A stretch of DNA of 63,927 nucleotides, the filler included, from Stramenopiles sp. TOSAG23-6 (taxonomy: Eukaryota), in the NCBI GenBank assembly GCA_900128565.1. It is 10 parts of 10 records of this genome, joined end to end, with 100 filler letters (N's around TTAATTAATTAA, not from the genome) between each part and the next. Parts side by side here need not be neighbours in the genome. Positions count along the whole stretch, not along the records: positions 1 to 11,267 come from LT636273.1; positions 11,368 to 22,621 come from LT636274.1; 8 more parts are not named here. One strand, 5' to 3'. Shown in pieces: positions 1 through 11,748 of this stretch (its first letter is position 1; each line of letters starts with the position of its first letter). The notes below the pieces were generated by a model. It was not told the DNA's origin and did not search any database. It saw nothing but the letters and a program-made list of their open reading frames with translations. The translations under genes and the position numbers were made by a program.

Positions 1-142
1 TTTTTATTTTTTTTTTTTTTTTTTTTTTTCATATGAAATTTTGTACATAAAAAAAAATTAAAATGTTTTGTTCAATTCTTCATTTTACTTTCATACCGAA
101 TTCCTAGTGAATTTCAAATTTAATATTTTTTTGACAATACAT
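1..142 (+). mobile_element. 3' part of GT-AT introner-like intron (5' end outside window)
   Basis: ATATGAAATTTTGTACATAA core variant and ATATTTTTTTGACAATACAT terminus, followed by an open frame (GGDIARIRK). Confidence 0.7.
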
Positions 143-460
143 GGTGGAGATATCGCCCGCATCCGAAAAATGATCAAAACAAATGCAGGAGCACAAGAGA
201 TTTTCAATGATAACTCGAAATTATTGACAGCACGAGACCTCAGTCGCACTAAATCATTTATAAAGCGCCATCCATTCATTAAAAGTACAAAAGGTGCTGT
301 ATGGAAGAAAGAATTAGAAACAATGATTTATTCAGGTTCGAAATATGAAATAGAGTTATTGCATTGTTTAAATGAAAACTATAAATTGGGTGCTTTTGAT
401 AGTGCTAATTTATGTAATTGGATTGAGAAGAAGTTTGTCCAGATGGAGTATATTATTTGA
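143..460 (+). CDS. last exon of unknown protein (partial)
   Basis: Open frame GGDIARIRKMIK...QMEYII* begins right after the element terminus. Confidence 0.55.
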   Translation, partial: GGDIARIRKMIKTNAGAQEIFNDNSKLLTARDLSRTKSFIKRHPFIKSTKGAVWKKELETMIYSGSKYEIELLHCLNENYKLGAFDSANLCNWIEKKFVQMEYII

Positions 461-632
461 ATGTTTTACTTGGAAGTATTATAGTAGATTTTTGTATCCT
501 ATCCTATCTTATCAAATGTATCATTAGTTACACATTCAAACTATGAAATCAATAAAGTATAGATATATTTTAGTCGTGTTTTATTTTATATTGCATTTCG
601 ACAATGGTGTTAAAAAACTACAGAAATTCATA

Positions 633-3171
633 TTAGAAAGCACCCTTAGCGCTTGCAACATTACTTGTAGACTCACACATCAGCTTCTTTACAACTTCAT
701 TGAATGCATTCCTTTCTATACGTTGTCGTCGGGTTGTAAGTTCATTAAGTTGTATATCAAATGCATGGATAGCTTTCTTAATTTCTTCATTCATTTTATC
801 CTCCGCTTCTTTCAGAAGTGTATTGAATCTAGTTCTTTCTTCCAATACATCAGAGCGAAGATCGACACGTGCCTGTGCTAGCACACGAATTTCCCTACTG
901 TCATCATATGTTGCATGTAATGTCTTGATGATAGAATCATCATCCTTTGTGTATGCTTTATTTACATTGTGATCTTCATTGCTCTGTGTTACTGTGGATA
1001 TATGTGGTGCTTCAAAGGTGTAGCGACGTGTTGGTGATGGTAACTGATGATTGATACATTCTAAGAAGCAATTATCATCCTCAAACGTGTTCAGCTCTTT
1101 TTTTGTTTCATTAAATAAAAATGATTTTGCATTCAAACAATTTACGCCACTAGCATCATCCTTCATTACCACTGTGGAACTATTCACCAATGGGACAATC
1201 GTGCTGATATTTCCTTCATTATTTGGCTGTTTCTCAAAACTTTTAGAACTTTGAATAGCGGTACTAAATGTATTGGCACTTTCAGAAGTTTGACGTTCAG
1301 TATCACTTTCATTAAAAACATTCAAAGGTTTTTTGACAGCTTTTTCATGTACATTCTCATTTGTTGAAATATTTTTCTTTTGTGATTGCGTCGCTCGTTT
1401 TTCGCACCATTTATCGAAAAGCTTATCTGCTGTTTCCACAGCGTTTCCTTCTGGTGTACTACAGCCAAGATTCAGTTTTCTTATATTTTGATTGATTAAT
1501 TTAGGCGCTTTCAATATTTTTCTTACTTTTGACGATTGTGGAGCCTTTGCATTGATCGAAATAACCGATGTTGATTTTCGAACTTTACTTGAGAATGCCT
1601 TCCAGCTTTTTACACTACTGATTGCCCGAGGGTGTGGTGGTGGTGGTGTTTGTGGTGCTACATTTACGTTTAATAAATATATNAAATTTGAAGAAAAAGT
1701 TAGGTACAAAATTGTGTTCAAAAACAATCAAAATTCATGATGAAAAAAACGCACCCTCAAGCACTTATTCGTTTTCTTTTTGACCTTTTTTGCAATATTT
1801 TTCTTTTGTTTTTCAAGCACGAGATCTTTTTTCTGAGATGTTGCATTTACACAATTCGTTGTAAGAATGGTATACCAAATATGAGAGCCACGTGGCATTT
1901 TTTCTTTTTGGAAACAAACTGCTTCACGATACAGCATCTCATATGCTTCGGGAGTGATTTTTGTAAAAGGTGCAGTAATTTTTCTATATTTATAATTCCC
2001 ATCTTTTCCAGAAATTCCTTTTACTTTAGTCAGATTTTGAACTCTTTGGGATTCCGTTTTTCGTGTCTTTTCCATTGATGCTAACAATGGTTTCAAAATT
2101 TTGGCTAGTCCTTTTATTCGCTTCTTTTTTGATACATTCGTTTTTATTGCGTCTAAATTACCCAATCTGTATCCGGTCAATTTGTCAATTTGAACTTTAA
2201 GTTGAATGCCATCTTTTGTTGCGTCTCTACAATCAATTGGCAGTGATACGAAATTACGAAGTAGTGAAATCCATGTATTTTTGAAAAATATTTCAAAAAA
2301 AAAATCGTTAGGTACAAAATTTCGTATAAACAAATAAATTCGAATTTGAAAAAAAATAAAACATACATTTATCCGGTTCACCATTTGCTTTGCCTAAACA
2401 CTCATGCGTACTACAAATTGTCTTTTTTTTACTTGTACTTTCGGCAATAGGCTTATGTGATTCTTCCTTAGGTGTAGGGTTTTTAGGGTTTGAGTCCAAA
2501 GTCTCAGAATTAGGGTTAGGGTTTGAGTCCAAAGTCTCAGAATTATTTGTAGAACTAATGGTTACATTACTTGGCGTTTTGCCCAATACATCAAAAGTAC
2601 TAACATGAGCGCCCATAAGGGACTCTGTATTTTCTATTTTTCCTTGCGTCACATTCTGGAGTATTTTATCCGAATCGAGTTCAGCCATAACGGCCCGTAA
2701 TTCTTCGATCTCCATGGAAGATACTAAACTGTTACGACGTTTTCTTTTCTTTTTCTTCTTTTTCTTTTGATTTTTCTGACTAAGCTTTTCGAGTTTCCCC
2801 CCTACATTAAGTAGCTTTCTATTCAATTCATCATTTGAGTGAAAATGATCTTGTTGGCGATTAATGATGGAATTATTAGAAGAAAGCGGTGCTCGAAGTT
2901 CACCACTTTCTTTCAAAGCCGCGGTATTGGTATTCCACACAGTATCATTTTCATCGTTAATATTTCTCTTATGTTGAGGATCACGCTGTCCATGTTGTTT
3001 CGAATTCTTCGAAGTTTCATCTGCAACGTCGAGTTGAAAGAAACTAGGAGGATCCGGAATAGAATCAATATCAAGTGGACTAGCATCAGTTGTTGTAACA
3101 TCTCCAATAGAGCTCTCTATAGACATATCAACACTCATGTCCATACTTACATCACTGATCGAGGATGTCAT
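633..3171 (-). CDS. hypothetical coiled-coil/low-complexity protein, 3 exons (3171-2367, 2272-1755, 1661-633)
   Basis: Three consecutive minus-strand ORFs join in frame (EPDK-W-ISLL; KCLR-VAPQ) after removing two GT-AT elements. Confidence 0.75.
1662..1754 (-). mobile_element. GT-AT introner-like intron (93 nt)
   Basis: AGG|GTGCGTTTT...TTTTGTACCTAAC...GTAAAT|GTA; removal joins two ORFs in frame. Confidence 0.7.
2273..2366 (-). mobile_element. GT-AT introner-like intron (94 nt)
   Basis: AAAT|GTATGTTTT...TACGAAATTTTGTACCTAAC...AAAATACAT|GG; frame restored. Confidence 0.85.
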
Positions 3172-3463
3172 TCACAACTATGTGATGCAAAGACGTTAAA
3201 TGCACTGGAAAAAGTGAATCTCGCAATCAAAAGACGACGAAGAGAGCGTGAGATTATTTCGATTCTCGAGAGAGAGTTTGAAAATGATGGCTTTACTCTT
3301 AAAATTTTTGTTTAAAATTTTATTTTTTTTGATTGCCGATTGCAGGCAGGTTTGTCGGTTGGTTGGCCTCGTTTTAGTAACCGTTTTTTCAACTTATATT
3401 CCTACGTACCATCATTTGATTAATTCATTGTCAAGGGTTTCTTTGTTGTAAATTTATTCATCG

Positions 3464-6400
3464 ATGATGCCTGACGATGATGATGCCTTACAGACGGGAG
3501 AAACAGATATTGACCAAGGTGCAGAAGACGCCCCCGAAATAGATCCTATTCGAGATGAGGATATGGATCAAGGAGGAGGCAATGGCGAGGAGGACGATCT
3601 TGAAGAGGACCAACCTGAAGAGGACGATGAAGACCAAACAATGAAAAAAAGTGTTACAGTGACTGAAGGAAAGGAAAACGTCAAATTTGATGAAACAAAA
3701 GAGATGGAAGATAGTGCCTCATTTTCTTCTTTTGTTGATCCCAAGAAAAAGTCCAGTGCAATGCAAAGAAAATTTCGGAAAAGTGGTATAAAGGCGAAAG
3801 TCATTTCTCGTCTATCTAGTGAAGAAGAAAGTAAATGGAGCTCCGAATTAAAGGTTAGCGTTACCAATTCAATGTTTTCTAAAGAAGCACATTATTTCAT
3901 CGCCATTCAAATAGGTAAAAAGAAGGTCCGGACATCGGTGAGCGAGTCATCATCGAAAACTCCAACTTTTAGTGATTGTGATTATACTTTCAAACTTGGA
4001 GGGTCCTTAAGACATCATCAAGTTCAAGTTGGAGCCTTTGTTGTAGTTGGTAGATCGGACGACGGTTCAAGTAAAGGAACCCCAAAATTGTTAGGAACAG
4101 CTAGATTATCTCTTAATGACATTTCAGATCCTATTAACATCGGTAATTCTGTAACCAGAAATATTTTCTTCTCGAGACATGCAGGTATTTCAAAAAAAGG
4201 CAAAGTTCGAGTAGGGAGTGCAAAAGTTACATTTTGTCGCATTGGTAAAGCATTTGGAAAAGACCACCCGACTGACTTTTGTGAAGGGCTCACTAAAAAC
4301 GTAAAATCTACAGAAAAAAGTTTGCTGCAGTTAATCCTCCGGGGTGCTACTAGTTTACCTTCGATTCCTGATGGTGCTAAAGATGAAGGAATGGATTTGC
4401 GTTTAGAAGTGTCTTTACATCAAAAAGACGACGAAAAACTAGATAATAAAACAAATGAAGCAAAATCAGATAAAGTTAAACTAGATGATAAAACAAATGA
4501 AGCAAAATCAGATGAAGTAAAACAAAATGATAAAACAGATGAAGCAAAATCAGATGAAGTAAAACAAAATGATAAAACAAGTGAAGAAGACGATAAAAAA
4601 GAAGATGAGAAAAAAGAAGATGAGAAAAAAGAAGATGAGAAAAAAGAAGACGAGGAAAAAGAAGATGAGAAAAAAGAAGACGAGAAAAAAGAAGATGAGA
4701 AAAAAGAAGATGAGAAAATAGAAGATAAAAGTAAAAAAGATATCACAACATATGAAAGAATTATTTATTCGGAATCGGCTGAGTGGATGCCACTTAAATC
4801 CTTAGACATTGATGCTGATAATCCAAATAGTGAAGTTAAAAACGACCAAGGTACCGTTAAATGGAATCAGTTACTACGCTTTCAAGTTGTAAATGATCAA
4901 GTATTGGCTTTTAGAATTATGTGTCGAACGAAAAGTTCAGAAGATTCAGAAAAATGGACTCCTTTGGGTGGCGCCGATGCTGTGACGGCAGAGATATCAA
5001 CGAATGATTTGAGATTTGGTCATGAGTATAATTTGAAATTACAAATGTGTCGCGAGACAAATCAAACGAATGCCGATGGCGATGTGGAAGATGCAAACCC
5101 ATCCATGGCTTGGTTGCATTTATCAATGCATCGTAATCGATGTCAATCTGACGACATGCAGTATATGAGCCGTATTCGAGACGCAGGAAAACCTGGTGAG
5201 TGTCAAGAAAGACTTAAAGTAGAAATTGGAAAGTTAAGTGAAGTGTTAAAATTTGACCGATTAGCAATATTTGCTCAATTACTTAGACATGATATTGCTG
5301 AAAAATACACGGGAAACATTGGCGATAAAGGAAAACCACTACCAAAATGGCCAGGAGCTAATTGCGCTGCACTTGGTGAAGAAAATAAGACGGGAGTCGA
5401 TACAAGTTGTTTGCAACATAATAAGACAGATTGTAAAGAAATGCAATCCATGGGCCGAGCTTTACCAGAAGCACAAAAGTACACGATAGAAAACAACACA
5501 GTCATGGATTGGAACAGTGTTGTGTACTTTGATTGGGGAATATTTCTCCGTGATTCTCCAGAATCAAAAGTAGAGACATACCCGACTACTGCATTTAGTG
5601 ATAAATCAAGTCCTGCATCATCTGTGTTGCTTGAGTTGTATACTTGGCGAGATCCAGGGGGGGACACTGTTACTGGAGAGAGAATGGGTATTACAGGTGG
5701 ATATGACTTCGTCGGGTTTTGTATGTTTAAGTTGAATCAGCAGCAGGGATCAACCGGTCGGTGGATTGATGTTGACCAATCACCTGTTCTATTAGTGAAT
5801 GGATTGAATAGAGCTTTGAAGCCAACAGGAACATTATCCGTTCGAACCCAAATCACAAATGCTGCTATTTTATATCGTTTTGCTAAGCTTACGCAAGATA
5901 ACGATATGAGTGTAATTCAGGGATTATCATCAGCGGCAAAGTCTCGATGGCTTACTGCTGCAAGTGGAGTTTATGCAAGTCGGGGAATTCAACATGGAGT
6001 TTATGCCAAGATGTCTTCCGCAGAAGCGATGAAGAAAGCAATGAAAGAAATGCCTCCAGAGTACCGTATGTTGTTTAAGAAGCTAAAACGAACAGGAGAG
6101 GAGATGATTCGTCGAACGGAAGAGGAGGCTTCAAAATTGAGAGTAGAAACTTTAGAGAAACACACAAGGACAATGAACAAAGTTACAAATGCTTCTGATG
6201 ATTTACAGCAACGTATGAGTGAATTGTTGACGGCGACAAAACACCAAACAGAAGAGCATCAAGCTCAAACGGATCAGTTATTGAACTTATGTCAGAGGCA
6301 GAAAACACAAATTTTGAGCGCAGAAGGAAGAAATAAGCAAAAGCAAACATTAATTGACAAATTAATGAAGGAAGTAGAACGCCGAGCTGATGCTATTCGG

Positions 6401-7347
6401 AGTTGTGGTGTTGAGATCGTTAGACTTCGCAAAGCTTTTAGATTAAAAGAAGAAGAAAATAAAAAGCTCACAACTCAAATAAATCATCGGGAGGACGAAG
6501 ATGATGATATAGTAAATACACTCATTGAAGATATTAACAATAATGGTAATAGTAGTAACACCAATAGCTTCGAGAAGAAAATTTCGGTATGCAATCTCCA
6601 CCCAGAAAATGCAATCCATTACGCCCGAGTAATTGCTCGGAAATACGATGGGAGTCAAAAAATGAATCTTGATCTCACTCGTCGATTGCACATGATGCAA
6701 AAAGGATTATTAAAAACGAAAGGCGTGAAAGGTCGTTTAATTGAACTTGAAGGTGCACAATCAGAAGCGCAACATTGTATTCAGAGATTACAACATGATA
6801 ATAGCAAAGTGAAAATTCTTCGAAATACTGTGTACGTTTTCATCACATTTCAATGTTGAATTTATTTTTTTATACGAAATTCTGTACCTAACAAAAAAAT
6901 CAAATTTTTGAAAATATTTTGTCACGATACATGAGGACTCAAGAGAAAGTGATCAGTAAATTACAAAAAATTATAGAGAAACGAATTAAAAATACCGCAA
7001 TGATCCATCCACCAACTGTCCCTGACGATAACGAGTCACCAAGTGAATTATCAAAGAATTGGTCAAACGCACTGAAAAAGATAGACTCAAAAGTAATGGA
7101 GCAAGGAGCTGATGATGTTGATGGTGTTTCAGGCAATATAGTTAATCCTAGTGGTAATGCGTCTATAGAAGTGGAACACTTAAATGCACAGTTAAAGGCA
7201 AAAGATGATCGTATTAGTGTTTTGGAAGATCAAATGACTAAAACAGCCGAGGAAGCAGCAGAAGAATTAGCCGAGCTAAAACTTCAAATTATGGAGCTGC
7301 AAATGGGCGGAGGAGGAAGCAGCTCTTCCGACGATGAAAGCTTTTGA
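3464..7347 (+). CDS. C2-domain and coiled-coil protein, CCDC33-like; exons 3464-6831, 6933-7347
   Basis: N-terminal C2-like regions; C-terminal LIDKLMKEVERRADAIRSCGVEIVRLR and RNTVRTQEKVISKL coiled-coil segments resemble CCDC33; joined across one GT-AT intron. Confidence 0.65.
4430..4730 (+). repeat. coding tandem repeats (DKTNEAKSDEVKQ-type units, then 15-bp EDEKK units)
   Basis: Repeated GAAGATGAGAAAAAA and GAAGCAAAATCAGAT units visible directly. Confidence 0.85.
6832..6932 (+). mobile_element. GT-AT introner-like intron (101 nt)
   Basis: ACTGT|GTACGTTTT...TACGAAATTCTGTACCTAAC...CACGATACAT|GAGG; gives T-V-R-T-Q-E-K. Confidence 0.85.
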
Positions 7348-7426
7348 AAAATAAACTAATAATATTAAAATTGTATGCTATAAAAATATTCGAAGCTAGA
7401 ATTAATTAGATTTACTTAGATATTTG

Positions 7427-7957
7427 TTATGCAGCAAGTTCATAGAAGGTGACTCCAGCTTCACCGTTTCGATGGAACGTTTTTGCCCGCCCATCTTCAA
7501 CTAAAAGGGCAATTGCTTTATTAAAAGTGAGTTCATCCATATTATAAAACTCCGCCATCTCTTGATCTTCGCCACACCGAATTTCATAGCACGTGAATGG
7601 ATCATCAAGCATACCTTTTGAAGAAACCCATTTGTAAATGGAACCAGCCCAGTCATCGATTTTTTTGAAAAATATTGTGCAACGGAGCTTTACTTGTGAG
7701 TCTTCCCATTCCCCATTTCCTGAATCTATCATATATTGTACCACAGTTTGCCGACCTGGAAGATCAAGTTTGCGTCCGATCTTTTTATTTTCAAAGAGGG
7801 GGAACTCTGCCAGTGCCATTGAAGACTTTTTCTCCTGCTTTGCCCAGTGGACAATGTAGTCACGCCATAGACCAAGTTGCTTTGAACGAGAATCCGTGTT
7901 TGGTTGAATTGTGTAGAAAGGTGGAAATTCCACCCACTTTGAAAACGTATCTGACAT
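7427..7957 (-). CDS. VPS25: ESCRT-II subunit VPS25
   Basis: FPPFYTIQP N-terminal motif, QLGLW, W..SIYKWV and tandem winged-helix pattern; ATG at 7957. Confidence 0.9.
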   Translation of the reverse strand: MSDTFSKWVEFPPFYTIQPNTDSRSKQLGLWRDYIVHWAKQEKKSSMALAEFPLFENKKIGRKLDLPGRQTVVQYMIDSGNGEWEDSQVKLRCTIFFKKIDDWAGSIYKWVSSKGMLDDPFTCYEIRCGEDQEMAEFYNMDELTFNKAIALLVEDGRAKTFHRNGEAGVTFYELAA

Positions 7958-8112
7958 GTATAAAAATATACAGTAAATTTCACGTCGCAATCTCTTTTTG
8001 TCAGTCAACTGGAGTAGAATATTCAATATAATCCGATAATCTGATTATCTGAAATCGCAATTGATCTATCAAAAATTATATTGACTAAGTACTGAGTCCT
8101 AACGCTAACTAA

Positions 8113-8124
8113 TGCCACGTGTCA
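8113..8124. promoter_or_regulatory. G-box/E-box 12-mer TGCCACGTGTCA in divergent promoter (VPS25 / MYSM1-like)
   Basis: Identical 12-mer (reverse complement) at 14788-14799 in the DIS3/CAMTA divergent promoter. Confidence 0.4.
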
Positions 8125-8324
8125 CTCATTTTATTGATCGTTAAAAAATTCATTTATTTGCCGCGCAAGAAAAAGAGCGAGAGCGGCGATTAGAACAATT
8201 TGATTGGCAAGGCACAGTCATCATCTGATCAATCTGAATCGAACATTAATTGCAAAAGAAAGACTCTTGCTCCATTACTGCGTGCAAAGTAACTTGATCT
8301 TTCACACCAAAATCTATCATTAGA

Positions 8325-10982
8325 ATGGCAGACGCCGATGATGCGACATCTGCTTTGATTGCCCAAATGTTGGCGAATGACTATCAGAACCAGCGCAGTA
8401 GTTATTACGAAATGCCAAGTAGTGACGAGGAAGATAGGAAAAGAAAGGCAAAGAAGAGAAAACGTACCAAGTCAAAAGGAAGCAAATCTAAAGTTGCTAA
8501 GAAATCAGCGGCTGTGAAAAATCCCCCAAAGAAAAAAGTACAAGTTCCAAAGGCTTCAGTGCAATCTAATGAAAATAATGGAAAAAATACAGCTAATAAA
8601 TCATCAACGGGACAAACTGTCACAAAAAATGGCAAAGTCCGTAAAAAACCACGTCGTTGGACTGCGGAAGAAGAAGTCTTATTTCTGGAAGCATTAGAAT
8701 TGCATGGCCGCGAATGGCACAAATGTGTTGAGCACATGGGGCATACCCGTAATAAAGGATCATTTACAAGTCACGCGCAGAAACATTTCATTAAGTTATA
8801 CTTGGCAGATAAGCCATTGCCTGCAAAAGTAGTTGAAAGTGGAGAAGGTTACACTCTTTCAGGAAAGCCTCTTGATCCAAATTCAGCTGCGGCACGAGCA
8901 TATGGTGTTGGTGGTAAAGTTGGAAAAGCTGCGTATCGATTAGAAATGGAGATGAAAAAACAGAATGTCGTTGATGCTGAAAAATTAAAAAATGAAGAAC
9001 AAAATCAATCTAGAGAATCTATCTCGAATAGTAATACAATCGAAAAAAATACCGACCCTTCGACAAAAGCGACTACTGCAAACGACAATGATAAAAATAA
9101 TGAAAGCATCGGAAAAAAGAAAGTTAGTACTTTCTCAGCCAGTGGCCAATTTTTATTATTATTTACTATGAATTTAATTGATGAGGGTAAAAGTGTGATT
9201 TCGTGTAAGTATAAGGATACGATATTTACTGGCGATGTCACAGAATGTGGTCTTATTCAATGGAACGATTCAACGTATAGTTCACCTTCTAGTTTTTCAC
9301 TTGCTGCAAAGAGAAGTATTACTCCTGGGCGTCAAGGTGATAATGGTTGGGATTCATGTACTTTTAAGGGAGAAAAACTCAAGATAATTTTGGATCGCTG
9401 CCTTCATTCTGGCGAATCCGATACAGTTTCAAACGACGCGAATGAAAATGATAAAGATGTGACAAATGTGCCAGGTACTAAAGTTTCCAAATATACACTT
9501 GATGAAGCTAAGGTTGCAAAATTATCTGGACGTCAACGTAATGACTTAATGCTTGCTAAAGCTCGAGTCGAAGGAGTCAATTTAGGCCAAAAAACAAATG
9601 GAATTCGCGATACTCGAGCAACATCAGCATTTACTGCTGCTGCCGCAGCCGCTGCAGAGTTGAAGAAACAGAAAAAACTTGAAGCTCGGCAGGCAGCCGC
9701 TGAAAAGAAACGCAAGGAGGTTAACGACAGGCGATTAGCACGCGAAAAGGCAAAACGGGAAAAATTATTAGCAAAAACAATGGAAGCCGATGCGCGTAAT
9801 AGAGATTTATATGGTAGTGATGGCCGGACGGAATATTCTCGTAAGAGGCGAAGACGTAAGGTCGCGTCAGTATTTACCCATAAGCAGCAAGATTCTTTAC
9901 AGTTTGTACAGTGTCGTCGTTATCCAGGGATACCTGGTACAGGAGAGCGAAGTTCGCAACCTTTCCGTATTCTTGTTGCACCATCTGTTGTTGTAATGGC
10001 TGATCTACACGCTCATTTTACACACCGTGAAGTTATAGGTTATCTTGCAGGTCATTGGGATGCACCGAGGCGTACTATCACAATATCTAAAGTTTTTCCT
10101 GGTCGGTCAATTTGTTGTAATGATGTTTCTGCGCGCGTTGAAGCTGAGATGGACCCAGTGACTGAAGTAGGTTTGCGTTCTGAAGTTGCTGCTGCTGGAC
10201 TAAAAGTTGTTGGTTGGTATCATTCTCATCCAACATTTGAACCAATACCTTCAATGGTTGATGTTAATAATCAAGCTTCTTACCAACAACTATTTTCCGA
10301 TCCATCAACTGGTGCATCTGAATCACCTTTTGTTGCATTAATTGTTAGTCCATATGATGTACAAATGCCAACTGACGCATCTACTGCAAAATGGTTCCAT
10401 GTACGATCTCCAAATACTGAACGGGTACCGATGAAATTAGAAGTTGATGTATCTGCTCAATATGAAGTATGTGATATTTCTAGTAAATCTGTTATAATTG
10501 TAGAAAATGAAACAAAATGTAGTAATAAGGAGGAAGAAACAAAAGACAAACCTGTCAGTAAATCTCCATGGTCTGATTCAGATTCATTGAGGTTTGATAT
10601 TGGCGTAAAAATAATGAAAAGACTTCTCCCAGAAGCTTGTGCACTTGCTACGAAGCTTGGTCGTGATCCTTTAGAAGCAGCATCCATTGTTGACTGGAAT
10701 CGAGTATTTCGTGTTGTTGGCGCTGACGAACCTCGATCGAATATATCTAAGCTAATGGAATCTCTCCGGCTACGGCTCAGGAAATCATTTGGTCCAAAAG
10801 AAAATGATGATGATCCCTCTATAGAAAGTACCATTTTACCTTCTAAAAATTCTTGGTCAGAAGTTTGTGCCAAGTTTATTGCAGAGTTGAAGTTACATGT
10901 AATGAAAGTTGCGTCAAGGAATACGACTGCTGGAAAAAGTGAAAATGAAAGTGATGCTGCAAACGAAACTGTTGCAATATAA
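8325..10982 (+). CDS. Myb (SHAQK-type) + RAMA + JAMM/MPN+ deubiquitinase, MYSM1/MPND-like
   Basis: RWTAEEEVLFLEAL...SHAQKHF Myb; YSSPSSFSLAAKR...NGWDSC RAMA-like; EVIGYLAG...GWYHSHPTFEPIPSMVD JAMM motif. Confidence 0.85.
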   Translation: MADADDATSALIAQMLANDYQNQRSSYYEMPSSDEEDRKRKAKKRKRTKSKGSKSKVAKKSAAVKNPPKKKVQVPKASVQSNENNGKNTANKSSTGQTVTKNGKVRKKPRRWTAEEEVLFLEALELHGREWHKCVEHMGHTRNKGSFTSHAQKHFIKLYLADKPLPAKVVESGEGYTLSGKPLDPNSAAARAYGVGGKVGKAAYRLEMEMKKQNVVDAEKLKNEEQNQSRESISNSNTIEKNTDPSTKATTANDNDKNNESIGKKKVSTFSASGQFLLLFTMNLIDEGKSVISCKYKDTIFTGDVTECGLIQWNDSTYSSPSSFSLAAKRSITPGRQGDNGWDSCTFKGEKLKIILDRCLHSGESDTVSNDANENDKDVTNVPGTKVSKYTLDEAKVAKLSGRQRNDLMLAKARVEGVNLGQKTNGIRDTRATSAFTAAAAAAAELKKQKKLEARQAAAEKKRKEVNDRRLAREKAKREKLLAKTMEADARNRDLYGSDGRTEYSRKRRRRKVASVFTHKQQDSLQFVQCRRYPGIPGTGERSSQPFRILVAPSVVVMADLHAHFTHREVIGYLAGHWDAPRRTITISKVFPGRSICCNDVSARVEAEMDPVTEVGLRSEVAAAGLKVVGWYHSHPTFEPIPSMVDVNNQASYQQLFSDPSTGASESPFVALIVSPYDVQMPTDASTAKWFHVRSPNTERVPMKLEVDVSAQYEVCDISSKSVIIVENETKCSNKEEETKDKPVSKSPWSDSDSLRFDIGVKIMKRLLPEACALATKLGRDPLEAASIVDWNRVFRVVGADEPRSNISKLMESLRLRLRKSFGPKENDDDPSIESTILPSKNSWSEVCAKFIAELKLHVMKVASRNTTAGKSENESDAANETVAI

Positions 10983-11267
10983 TGTAGCGTTGATAGAGAA
11001 TACGGACTGATGATAAAAATACAATGAATTATTTGCGTATAAATAAAAGACTCGTACACATTAGACTTTATTTTAAAAAGAACTGCAGATTTCGTGTGTA
11101 CTCTACGGAACGAATTATCCGGGGTATTTTCAAGATAGAGTCAGCTCAGCATGCGCAGCGCTACCTTCTTCGATGGTATCATGTCTATGTCCATGTGTCG
11201 AACTATATTTGTGAAATAATTAAGGTATGTTTTGCACTTTTCTTCTAGCATCCTTGTATATTTTTAC

Positions 11268-11367
11268 NNNNNNNNNNNNNNNNNNNNNNNNNNNNNNNNN
11301 NNNNNNNNNNNTTAATTAATTAANNNNNNNNNNNNNNNNNNNNNNNNNNNNNNNNNNNNNNNNNNNN
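11268..11367. other. artificial contig linker (N44-TTAATTAATTAA-N44); same linker at 22622, 33947, 45252, 56507, 57992, 59477, 60961, 62445
   Basis: Identical 100-nt N-padded all-frame-stop spacer occurs nine times. Confidence 0.98.
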
Positions 11368-11748
11368 AGAAGATACATCGAAAGAAAACGAGACAAGAGA
11401 AGAAACAAGAGAAAAAAGCAGCAAAACAAGCTAAACAATTAGCGAAACAGAAAGCTAAAGATGCCAAGAAACTTGCAAAGGAGCAAAAAAAACTTGCAAA
11501 TGAACAAGCAAAGCAAAAGGCTAAAGAATTACAGGATGTCAAGGACGAACTCGAAGCGGCAGAGCGTGCTATTATAAATGGTGCCAATACTACTCAAATA
11601 CAAATGGGCAGAGGCAGAGGCAGAGGCAGAGGTAGAGGTAGAGGTAGGGGCAGAGGTAGAGGCAGGGGTAGAGGAGGTGGAGTATCTCGATAGAACTAAA
11701 TCATAAGCATTAGGATTGACTGTATTTTTAATAAACGAATCGATTTAT

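Noticed and set aside
4420-4746. Antisense Ser/Phe-rich ORFs (also 8405-8737, 26331-26789, 51179-51607)
   Set aside because: Shadow frames of Lys/Glu-rich real genes
6831-6931. TG...CA (LTR-like) or AT...AC (U12) boundaries for the element
   Set aside because: Equivalent in many copies because of flanking repeats, but the bases before GT vary while GT/GC and the last T are constant; no U12 RTATCCTT donor in the family. cDNA is still needed for final proof
11312-11323. Recurrent TTAATTAATTAA as a biological motif
   Set aside because: Always centred in fixed-length N runs; an artificial all-frame-stop contig linker
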